Below are positions 16,698 to 24,706 of a stretch of 32,000 bases of DNA, piece after piece. The position numbers were made by a program, and so were the translations under genes. The DNA comes from Methanothermobacter thermautotrophicus str. Delta H. Its GTDB lineage: Archaea; Methanobacteriota; Methanobacteria; Methanobacteriales; Methanothermobacteraceae. The stretch covers positions 480,001 through 512,000 of the forward strand of contig NC_000916.1 in the NCBI RefSeq assembly GCF_000008645.1, written 5' to 3'. A model generated the notes under the pieces. The model was not told the DNA's origin, ran no database searches, and saw only the letters and a list, made by a program, of their open reading frames with translations. How positions within the stretch are numbered: the stretch's first letter is position 1; each line of letters starts with the position of its first letter.

Positions 16698-19259
16698 TTG
16701 AGTGATGGGAGGGCAAATCCTTCAGAGAAAGTGAACCTGAGCCTTGCTGAAGAATCTTTCATTACATTCCTCCAGGATAATCTTCCTGATGACTGGAAAA
16801 TCTATTTTAAACCTCATCTTAACGGTTCCTACCCTGACCTCATAATCATGAACCCCCATGTCGGGATAATGATCTACAGTATCCTTGATGAAGTCAACTG
16901 CACCCCTGAAGCTGAAATAAGGCGACTGGGATATTACAAGAAGAAGATAATACGGCAGCTGGTCCCATCCATGGGTGAGATGATTGATAAAGAGAGGAGC
17001 GCCTATGGTATCATCCGGACAGGTGTATATGTTCATGGACTATCCAGCAGGGAAGTTAAGGATAAGTTCAAATCTGGAGGGAGTTACCTTACCTGTGCCG
17101 GCCATGACAGCCTTCAGAAATCAAACCTGGAGGCCCTGATACCCGGTCTGAGGTTCCGTAAGAGCAAATACATGAAACCTGAATGGGCATCGCAGCTTGA
17201 ATCCTGGATGGTCCCCAGCTATCACAGGGAGAAAAGGACTGATATCAGGCTTACAGAGGAGCAGGAACGACATGTAAAGCCACAACCAGGACACAGAAGA
17301 CTCAGAGGAGCTGCTGGGAGTGGTAAAACTCTGGTAATAGCCCACAGAGCAGCGCGACTGGCTGCTGATGGGCACCGCGTACTCATAGTAACCTTTAACA
17401 GCACACTCTGGCAGTATATCAGGGAGATGGTGGATAGGACCCTCTACAACTTTGACTGGTCCCTCCTGACGTTCAGGCACTTCCACGGGTTCTGCTACGA
17501 CATTATACATGAGCTTAAAATCCCCTTTGACCAGGAGAGGGTTGTCGAGTGTCTCATAGGGTCAATCCGGGACCATGATATTTCAGAATACATGTTTGAT
17601 GCTGTCCTTATTGATGAGGGCCAGGATTTTGAGTGGGAATGGTACAACCTGCTATCCCAGTTCCTGACAGAAAGGGATGAACTGTTCTTTGTATGCGACG
17701 AAAGACAGAACATATATGACAGGGAGCTCAGCTGGGTCGACAAGATGTCAGGCGCAGGAAAGGTTAAGTTCCGGGGAAAATGGAGGGAACTTGGGACAGT
17801 TCATCGACTATCACCAAAGATAGCTGAATTTGCAAATAAATTTGCTCAAAGTTTCCTTAGATCAGGGGATAATGAATTAGATGTCAGCCAGAAAACCCTC
17901 TTTGATAACCGTGAAGCCGTGTGGAGAAACGTGGACCCCCATGACTGGCAGGATGAACTATATGACGCCTACAGTTCCCTCAGGGATATGGGTGTTCGTG
18001 ACTCAGAAATAGCTGTACTGGTACCCACCAATGATATGGGTGTGAAGGTTGCTGAATTCTTCAGATCAATGAACGTGAAAACCGACCACCTCTTCAGGAA
18101 GAATGGTGCCGGTAACAAGAGGGTATTCGTATCCGATGGGCGGATGAAGATAAGCACAATACACAGCTTCAAGGGATGGGAAGCAAGAAGTGTGATAATC
18201 TGGATACCTGACAGATGGGGACAGGAAGAGAACCTTGACGCAGTCATATACACCGCGATAACCAGGACCCTTGAAAACCTCATCATACTGAACACCAATG
18301 AAAGGTACCTTGAATTCTATGAAAACGATGAGGACGTTGAAATTCCCGATATAACTGAAGATGAGATGGACCCTGAACTTGAGGAATGGATTGAGACACT
18401 CCCGTACCCACTCGCCTCCATCATCTGGGAGAGCATGACCATAACGAGCTATGAGAGCAGGGTCAGATATCTCATTCACTTCTTTGAGGCCCTTGCAGAG
18501 TTCAACTTCAACCTCATTATGAGCGGTCTATCCTCTGACGAATTCTTCTTTGATATGAGGGTTAGGGAAACCTTTGGAGGTGTTAAAAATAATCTTGAAA
18601 GGCCCACCTTCGGGTACTGGACGGCACTCCTCTTCAGGGCAATCAGAAGCCTGAGGATGGTGCTGAATGATAGGTACCATAAAAACCAGGTCCGCAAATC
18701 CTTTGGAAAGCCAGATGATGACTTTATAAATGCACTGGCCAACAGCAAGCTCCCTGTAATACTGAAAAATGTTTTAAAGTACCGTAACGTCTGGGAGGGG
18801 CATGGCCCGCGAGTTTCCGAGGATGAATACCGTAAACGTTACAGTGTACTGATAGGGGAGCTAAGGAATGTTAAGGATGTGATCGGGGACATTTACACCC
18901 GCAATTTCCTGGTCATCCCCAGTGAGGGAATCCTGGATGGTGGTGTGCACCGGTACACAGCAAAGCGTTACATGACAACGAGGGCCCCCTTCAGGGCTGT
19001 GAAACTGGAAAGTGAGAAACCCATGGACATTAACAGTATATACCTTGCAAACCCAAACAAGAGGAGGCACCTGGAACTCCTGCCCCTTATAATCAATAAT
19101 GATGACACCTGCTACTTCTACAACGGGATTGATGATGAAACTGGTAAGGCGAGGTACTGTTCCTACCATAACAAGGACAAGGCTGAAATATTTGTAAACC
19201 CACCTCCTAAACTTGTAAATCTGCAAGAAATGCTGAATCAAACTGACTCCTACAATTAA
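16698..19259 (+). CDS. NERD-like domain / SF1 (UvrD-like) helicase / unassigned C-terminal module with an HEPN-like R-x5-H motif; candidate defence protein
   Basis: 853 aa. The N-terminus reads 'LPDDWKIYFKPHLNGSYPDLIIMNPHVGIMIYSILD'. Helicase motifs are Walker A 'GAAGSGKT', 'VLIDEGQDF', 'FVCDERQNIY', 'VHRLSPKI', 'STIHSFKGWEARSVII' and 'YTAITRTLENLIIL'. The CTD carries 'KYRNVWEGHG'. The gene is AT-richer than its flanks. Confidence 0.85.
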   Translation: MSDGRANPSEKVNLSLAEESFITFLQDNLPDDWKIYFKPHLNGSYPDLIIMNPHVGIMIYSILDEVNCTPEAEIRRLGYYKKKIIRQLVPSMGEMIDKERSAYGIIRTGVYVHGLSSREVKDKFKSGGSYLTCAGHDSLQKSNLEALIPGLRFRKSKYMKPEWASQLESWMVPSYHREKRTDIRLTEEQERHVKPQPGHRRLRGAAGSGKTLVIAHRAARLAADGHRVLIVTFNSTLWQYIREMVDRTLYNFDWSLLTFRHFHGFCYDIIHELKIPFDQERVVECLIGSIRDHDISEYMFDAVLIDEGQDFEWEWYNLLSQFLTERDELFFVCDERQNIYDRELSWVDKMSGAGKVKFRGKWRELGTVHRLSPKIAEFANKFAQSFLRSGDNELDVSQKTLFDNREAVWRNVDPHDWQDELYDAYSSLRDMGVRDSEIAVLVPTNDMGVKVAEFFRSMNVKTDHLFRKNGAGNKRVFVSDGRMKISTIHSFKGWEARSVIIWIPDRWGQEENLDAVIYTAITRTLENLIILNTNERYLEFYENDEDVEIPDITEDEMDPELEEWIETLPYPLASIIWESMTITSYESRVRYLIHFFEALAEFNFNLIMSGLSSDEFFFDMRVRETFGGVKNNLERPTFGYWTALLFRAIRSLRMVLNDRYHKNQVRKSFGKPDDDFINALANSKLPVILKNVLKYRNVWEGHGPRVSEDEYRKRYSVLIGELRNVKDVIGDIYTRNFLVIPSEGILDGGVHRYTAKRYMTTRAPFRAVKLESEKPMDINSIYLANPNKRRHLELLPLIINNDDTCYFYNGIDDETGKARYCSYHNKDKAEIFVNPPPKLVNLQEMLNQTDSYN

Positions 19260-19521
19260 TCTCCAGGCTTCATATGAGATAACTCTCTTTATTCCCAGAT
19301 ACATTCCCATGCAGATTTGCAGAGGAGCCTGAGACCATTGATGATTTTGAAGAAACATTGCCAGAAGAAATGTTAGAGGAACCGAATATCTTGAGGACAT
19401 CAAATAGATCCTGATGTCTACCAGAGGTGTATTCAAAGGGAAATGGAAAAACTTCCGTTTCTGTAATAGAACTACGAAATACTGGAACTTTTAGATGCTG
19501 AATTAACCGGATCATCACCTT

Positions 19522-19528
19522 AAAAAAA
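19522..19528 (-). terminator. T7 tract (minus strand) 12 nt downstream of the GGGP synthase stop
   Basis: A7 on the plus strand at 19522-19528; the stop TGA is at 19540-19542 (minus). Confidence 0.5.
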
Positions 19529-19539
19529 TAAATATGATA

Positions 19540-20286
19540 TCAGACGGACCCCATACCCTCAACGATCTCCCTGATCTTGTCCTCAACGTTGTCACTGTTC
19601 TCCACAACGGTACCCGTCACCACGACGTCTGCACCTGCACCCGCAACCCTTGCAGCATCCTCACCGCTCCTTATACCACCGCCAACTATGAGTATCTGAT
19701 CTGTGCATCGCTTAACAAGGGCTATCATCTCCTCAGGCACATGTTCAGGGGCCCCTGAACCTGCCTCAAGGTAGAAGAGCCTCATGCCAAGGAATTCAGC
19801 GGCCATGGCATAGGCGGCTGCAATGTCGGGTTTGTTCCTGGGGACCGGCTTGGTGTCACCGACCCATCCAACCGTACCCCCTGGTTCAACCACCAGGTAG
19901 CCCATGGGGAGAGCCTCTATACCCATCTTCTTGACGGTGGCTGCACCCAGGGCCTGGGCACCTATGATCCAGTAGGGGTTTGTGGAGTTAAGGAGACTCA
20001 TGAAGAATATTGCATCGGCGTAGCGGCTGACACCCGTGGTGTTACCCGGGAAGAGTATTATGGGGACGTCTATGTTCTCCCTGAGGGCCCTGGCTGTGTT
20101 ATCAAGTTCACTGGAATCTGTGGTTGACCCTCCAAGCATTATACCATCGGTGCCTCCCCTTATGGCAGCCCTGGCTATCTCAACGGCCTCCTCAGGGGTC
20201 TGCTCCTCGGGGTCTATGAGGGTAAGGTGTATCTTCCTCTCCCTAAGAATATCATGGAAGTAATCTTCAACCTTCATTTTGAACAC
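19540..20286 (-). CDS. geranylgeranylglyceryl phosphate synthase (PcrB/GGGPS family)
   Basis: 'KIHLTLIDPEEQTPEEAVEIARAAIRGGTDGIMLGGST...LFPGN...FYLEAGSGA...IVGGGIRS' is a typical GGGPS TIM-barrel pattern. The listed start is GTG 20286; ATG 20277 is an alternative. Confidence 0.92.
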   Translation of the reverse strand: MFKMKVEDYFHDILRERKIHLTLIDPEEQTPEEAVEIARAAIRGGTDGIMLGGSTTDSSELDNTARALRENIDVPIILFPGNTTGVSRYADAIFFMSLLNSTNPYWIIGAQALGAATVKKMGIEALPMGYLVVEPGGTVGWVGDTKPVPRNKPDIAAAYAMAAEFLGMRLFYLEAGSGAPEHVPEEMIALVKRCTDQILIVGGGIRSGEDAARVAGAGADVVVTGTVVENSDNVEDKIREIVEGMGSV

Positions 20287-20319
20287 TCAGAAAAATAGTA
20301 AAAAAGGAGAGGGGGCTGC

Positions 20320-20466
20320 TTAACCCCTTGGTTCCTTGGCCTTGTACCTTAACCCCTTGTAACCACACTTCCTGCATGTCTTTGCAGTTGGTGGGTTCCT
20401 AGCGTTACATTTAAGGCAGATCTTGATATTGAACAGTCTGTTTTCTGCTTCCTCAAACCTTGCCAT
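20320..20466 (-). CDS. rpl40e: ribosomal protein L40e (48 aa, below the ORF-track cutoff)
   Basis: My own translation gives '[48 protein letters not shown]', with the C-x2-C...C-x2-C ribbon typical of L40e. GGAGG (20473-20477) lies 6 nt upstream, inside the end of tsr3. Confidence 0.88.
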
Positions 20467-20468
20467 AA

Positions 20469-20978
20469 TTAGCCTCCTATGAATTTTTTCTGAATCTCTA
20501 CAACCTCAAGGCTATTCTCAGCCCTGGAGTAAGCTTCAAGAAGTTCACGGTTGAGGTCCAGGAAATGCGGACCCCACTTGAAGTAGGACATTATATCAGA
20601 CGCTATATCTTTCAGTCCAACTATATAAAGGGTTGCCGCCACTGCCTCTGCAGTTGAGAGTATGCAGGGCTTCCCGTAGTTTGTCGGGTTTGCAGCCACA
20701 AGGAAGGGCAGTGACCTGTGGTTCCTTGCGGTCTGGAATATGACGGACGATTTCTTAACCTTTTTCCATGAGCAGTCAAGGGCTGCAATGCCCCGCCTGA
20801 GGACCATGTCCCTGTCCTCAGGGGAGACCGCCTTCTCAGAAAAAGGGTTGAGGACAAGTGCCCCTCTTGGTAACTGGTTGAGACTACTTACTATTTTAAA
20901 TTTTCCCTTCCTTCCAAGTTTGAGGCTCGTGCACTTCTTCCTGTCACACTCCTCTGCATGGTAGACCACAATCTTCAT
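20469..20978 (-). CDS. tsr3: Tsr3 (SSU rRNA aminocarboxypropyltransferase, DUF367)
   Basis: '[21 protein letters not shown]...ALDCSWKKV...[34 protein letters not shown]...[11 protein letters not shown]'. I prefer the internal ATG 20978 over the listed 21035, whose extension looks non-native. Confidence 0.85.
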
Positions 20979-21087
20979 CAGACTGATATTGGTGGTCCCG
21001 CTATATAAAATTTGGATGCTGAAAAAGGTAACCATTCATACAGCAGTATAAACTGAAGATATCCAACAAAACACGATACTGAAAGAA

Positions 21088-21885
21088 CTAAAACATGGCC
21101 CTCTCATGCTCCATTATCTTAGCAACAGCACCTGATGGGTCCCTGAGGTCATGGAGGTCATAGTAGCTGCCGCCTGAAGCCAGCGCTATCTCCATGTTGA
21201 GGTCCCTTCCACCCCGGGATCCCCTCTCAAAGTTTATCACGGTTGAGGGTATCTCCTCTTCCCTCAGCCTTGAGGCGGCCTCAACGGCCTCCCTCTTTGG
21301 GTCCCTCCCGGTCCCCACATTGGGCATGCCATCACTGAGTATGACCATGAATGGGACGTACTCCCCGTGCCTCTTCTCCTCCCGGAGTATCTCAAGACCC
21401 CTCTGTATGCCCTGGGCCATGGGTGTTGTCCCACCGACCCTTATGCTCTCCACAGCATCCCTGAAGGAGGATGCATGGGCAGTTGAGGGTATTATTACCC
21501 TGGCGTCCCTGCCCCTGAAGCCAACGACACTTATACGGTCCCTGTGCCTCTGGGCATCCTCTATAAACCTCTCTATGAGGCCCTTGACCCTTGCAGCCTT
21601 CCTGTCAGAGAACATTGAGCCGCTTATATCGACCACCAGGACTATTGATGCCCTTGCACCGTGTTTACGTATTTTTTCCCTTATATCTCCGGGTTCTATC
21701 TCAAGTTCACCCCTGGATGCCGCCGCCCGGATTGTGGCGTCGATGGCCACATCCCCTGGCTCACCCCTCGGGAACCTGCTCCTTATGTACTTCCCCTTTC
21801 GGGTCTTTGACTGAACACGTGCACCGTAGAGCCTCTCCTTCTTCTTACCCCTGACCTTGAGGAGCTTCTTTATATCGACCTCCAC
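21088..21885 (-). CDS. von Willebrand factor A (VWA) domain protein, ChlD/BchD C-terminal-like
   Basis: The MIDAS motif is 'VVDISGSM...GGTTP...ILSDGMPN'. 'GKYIRSRFPRGEPGDVAIDATIRAAA' resembles the pre-VWA segment of chelatase D subunits. The GTG start is in the same frame as the upstream AAA+ gene. Confidence 0.85.
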   Translation of the reverse strand: MEVDIKKLLKVRGKKKERLYGARVQSKTRKGKYIRSRFPRGEPGDVAIDATIRAAASRGELEIEPGDIREKIRKHGARASIVLVVDISGSMFSDRKAARVKGLIERFIEDAQRHRDRISVVGFRGRDARVIIPSTAHASSFRDAVESIRVGGTTPMAQGIQRGLEILREEKRHGEYVPFMVILSDGMPNVGTGRDPKREAVEAASRLREEEIPSTVINFERGSRGGRDLNMEIALASGGSYYDLHDLRDPSGAVAKIMEHERAMF

Positions 21886-21903
21886 GTCCTCTGTTTCAGG
21901 GCT

Positions 21904-23091
21904 TCATAGTGAGCCTTCTGCCGATAGACCGGCCAGGGAAGCTGAAGCCCCTGAGCCTGAAGCCTCACCCCTAGATGAAGCCCCTGACTCCTGGCCTGAC
22001 TCTTCACCTTCAGAACCCCCGGAACCTTCACCCCCTGAAGAGCTGTCTGAGTTGCCCTGATCCTCCTCAGATTCTCTCTCACGTTCCATCTCCTCACGGG
22101 CCCTCTGCATCTCCCTCCTTGTGTTCTCGCGGTTGTAGCTCCTGCCGGGTATTCTCTCACCAAGTACAAGGACTATTGCATCCTCAACGTCCTCCTCACG
22201 GACCCTTCTTCTTCCATTGAAGGCTGCTATGGCCTTTGATGTCCTCACTATTGCAATGTCAGACCGGTGGCCGTCAACACCGGCATCAACACAGACCCTT
22301 GCTATCAGCTCAAGGAGGTCATCGTCGATTGTCACCGCAGGGAGAAGCTTCCTGGCAGCCATTATCCTGTCGCGGAGACTGCTCTGGCTTTCAGCAAACC
22401 TCTCAACGAAGCCCTCCGGGTCGTCCTCGAATTCGTCCCTCCTCTTCATTATGAGGACCCGCTGCTTTATGTCGGTCACGGTCTCCACGTTTATGTGTAT
22501 ACCTATCCTGTCTGAGAGCTGGGGCCTCAGTTCGCCCTCTGCAGGGTTCATGGTCCCAACGAGTATGAACCTTGAGGGGTGCTGGAGGGATATGCCCTCC
22601 CTCTCCACTGTGTTGACACCGTAGGCCGCTGCATCCAGGAGCACGTCGACCAGGTGGTCATCCAGGAGGTTTATCTCATCCACGTAGAGTATGTTCCTGT
22701 TGGCCTCTGCGAGTATCCCGGGCTCAAGGGCCTTTATACCCTCTGTGAGGGCCTTACTGATGTCAAGTGATCCAACAACACGGTCCTCTGTGGCCCCCAG
22801 TGGGAGTTCAACAACCCGCATCTTGCGGTATTCAACATCCACGTCACCTCCACGGCACATGTCACATGCCCCCTCAGGTTCATCCGGGTCGCAGTTGAAG
22901 GGGCAGCCCTTAACCGTCCTCAGGGATGGTAGAAGGTCCGCCAGGGCCCTCACCGCCGTTGTCTTACCTGTGCCCTTATCACCCTTGATGAGGACACCAC
23001 CTATCCCCGGGTTTATTGCGTTGAGTATAAGGGCCTTTTTAACCTTTTCCTGTCCTACTATGGCTGTGAATGGAAAAATAAGGTTCTTCAT
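21904..23091 (-). CDS. ChlI/BchI-like AAA+ ATPase (Mg-chelatase I-type) with acidic G/S/E-rich C-terminal tail
   Basis: '[40 protein letters not shown]' supplies Walker A and '[16 protein letters not shown]' Walker B. A Cys-rich insert '[17 protein letters not shown]' is present. The tail '[31 protein letters not shown]' resembles a ChlD linker. GGTGAG lies 3 nt before the ATG. Confidence 0.88.
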   Translation of the reverse strand: MKNLIFPFTAIVGQEKVKKALILNAINPGIGGVLIKGDKGTGKTTAVRALADLLPSLRTVKGCPFNCDPDEPEGACDMCRGGDVDVEYRKMRVVELPLGATEDRVVGSLDISKALTEGIKALEPGILAEANRNILYVDEINLLDDHLVDVLLDAAAYGVNTVEREGISLQHPSRFILVGTMNPAEGELRPQLSDRIGIHINVETVTDIKQRVLIMKRRDEFEDDPEGFVERFAESQSSLRDRIMAARKLLPAVTIDDDLLELIARVCVDAGVDGHRSDIAIVRTSKAIAAFNGRRRVREEDVEDAIVLVLGERIPGRSYNRENTRREMQRAREEMERERESEEDQGNSDSSSGGEGSGGSEGEESGQESGASSRGEASGSGASASLAGLSAEGSL

Positions 23092-23348
23092 TAACTCACC
23101 TGGTCATCCTAACCATCTAATTCTATATTTATTCTGAATAATAAGTTTTTACATGCCATTGTATTAAGATTTCATCACACCTTAGGATACCTCAGGAGAT
23201 AAAAAGGGACCCCCTTAACCCGCCGCCGGATGAGTGGTTGACCCCCCCTTCAGCCAGAGTGGAGATTCCCAGATCCACTGGATAAAATAGATAAGTGATT
23301 GGCCCCATAGAAGTAACAGGTGATATCATGTGTACCGTTGGAGGTCCA

Positions 23349-23483
23349 ATGGCTGATATAGATATTAAGAAGATGAAGACACGTAAATGCAGGTGCCTTG
23401 ACTGTGGAAACGAATTCAAGGGTGTTGGAAGGCGGGTTATCTGCCCATCATGCCAGTCAGATAATGTTGAATGCGAAGGCTAG
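23349..23483 (+). CDS. 44-aa zinc-ribbon protein
   Basis: 'MADIDIKKMKTRKCRCLDCGNEFKGVGRRVICPSCQSDNVECEG' contains C-x2-C...C-x2-C. GGAGGT lies 4 nt before ATG 23349, so this start is preferred over the listed 23295. Confidence 0.6.
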   Translation: MADIDIKKMKTRKCRCLDCGNEFKGVGRRVICPSCQSDNVECEG

Positions 23484-23956
23484 GTGGTACCCTGGAATTC
23501 AAAATCAATGAGGACGAGATACTCTTTGTCGAGGCCGGGGGGCTCCTTGGAGTCATACCATCACGTAGAGAGCGGACCATATTCATGAACACAGCAGAGG
23601 ATGAGGTGGCCCTCTTCCTCGAACCCCGGGACCTCATAGTCATATCCGCCTTCAGGGCCGATGATAAGATGAGGAGGGGTATAAAGGCCCTTGCATACCT
23701 CCTCCTTGAGACCGGGAACCCCCTTGTGGTCCTGCCGGAGGACCATCCAGGGTCACGGAGGCTGAAGATGGTTGTCTCAGCCGCAGACAGGGTGAGGCTC
23801 AGCTGTGACATAACACCGGGGACACACCCCGACCACCACCTCCTCTGCTCTGCACCGGCACTCTCAGGCATGGAGATCGTGTCGGTGGATGGTGGTGTTG
23901 AACTCCTGAATGCACCCCCGGGTATCAGGGTGTGGAGGGAGGTACTTGACTGGTGA
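23471..23956 (+). CDS. hypothetical protein (161 aa)
   Basis: Host-like codon usage (AGG, ATA, CTC, GAG) and a balanced composition. It overlaps the zinc-ribbon gene by 13 nt. The antisense 183-aa ORF is S/R/P-rich and less protein-like. I recognise no motif. Confidence 0.55.
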   Translation: MRRLGGTLEFKINEDEILFVEAGGLLGVIPSRRERTIFMNTAEDEVALFLEPRDLIVISAFRADDKMRRGIKALAYLLLETGNPLVVLPEDHPGSRRLKMVVSAADRVRLSCDITPGTHPDHHLLCSAPALSGMEIVSVDGGVELLNAPPGIRVWREVLDW

Positions 23957-24003
23957 TGTGGGAAACTATTTTTAAGGCAGGGCCACATAAACCATCACAG
24001 TGA

Positions 24004-24702
24004 ATGACCATGATCAGTGAATTCTATCAGATATTTGGACAGCTGGTGTTCCTTGCAGGGGTGGGCATACTGGTTATGCTGGCTTCAAGCCTCTTCCTTG
24101 GGAGGCTCCTCCTGAATGAGGACAGACTTATATTCCCCAGGCTCCTCCTCATCACGGTCGACATGTTCTATGGACCATTCAAGAAGTTCTCAGAGACCCT
24201 TGGCCTCAACAGCCGCATAGTGGACCAGATAGGTGTTGAGGTCAGGAACAAGATCAACGAGAAGCGGTTCAAATCCATAGACCCCCATGATAAGGCCCTT
24301 GTACTGCCACACTGCCTCAGAAATCCCGAGTGCGAGGCCAGACTCGAAAGGACAGGGCTGATCTGCACCGGATGCAACAGGTGCATCATAGGGAAGATCA
24401 AGGAGAGGGCTGAGGCCATCGGATACACCGTCTTCGTGATACCAGGGTCAACCTTCATAAAGAAGATCGTGGAGGAGCACAGGTTCAAGGCGGTCCTTGG
24501 GGTCGCCTGCTACCAGGACCTGAACCTCGCCATGATGAAGCTGTCGAGGTTCTCGCCCCAGGGTGTACCCCTCCTGAGGGACGGCTGCTTCAAGACAAAG
24601 GTGGACTTCAGGGCCGTCCTGGAGAAGATGGGCCTTGAGGGTGAAATCAGAAGACCTAAGACCTGCATGAGCCAGGTCCCAGGGAAGACACCGGAGCAGT
24701 GA
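24004..24702 (+). CDS. DUF116-family Cys-rich membrane-anchored protein
   Basis: An N-terminal TM segment is followed by '[34 protein letters not shown]...VFVIPGSTF...[12 protein letters not shown]', which matches my recollection of the DUF116 pattern. Confidence 0.7.
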   Translation: MTMISEFYQIFGQLVFLAGVGILVMLASSLFLGRLLLNEDRLIFPRLLLITVDMFYGPFKKFSETLGLNSRIVDQIGVEVRNKINEKRFKSIDPHDKALVLPHCLRNPECEARLERTGLICTGCNRCIIGKIKERAEAIGYTVFVIPGSTFIKKIVEEHRFKAVLGVACYQDLNLAMMKLSRFSPQGVPLLRDGCFKTKVDFRAVLEKMGLEGEIRRPKTCMSQVPGKTPEQ

Positions 24703-24706
24703 TAGG

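Noticed and set aside
19260-19539. An 82-aa minus-strand ORF (19270-19518), and a plus-strand open stretch encoding the acidic peptide '...EPETIDDFEETLPEEMLEEPNILRTSNRS' downstream of the helicase gene.
   Set aside because: The 82-aa ORF is Ser-rich with no SD and starts inside the GGGPS terminator. The acidic stretch has no start codon. It faintly recalls the helicase linker ('EWIETLP') and could be a decayed remnant, but the similarity is too short to support.
21904-21906. Reading the in-frame TGA between the ChlI-like and VWA genes as selenocysteine.
   Set aside because: I see no SECIS-like hairpin nearby. The codon sits in a low-complexity linker rather than a redox motif, and I am not aware of Sec usage in this lineage.
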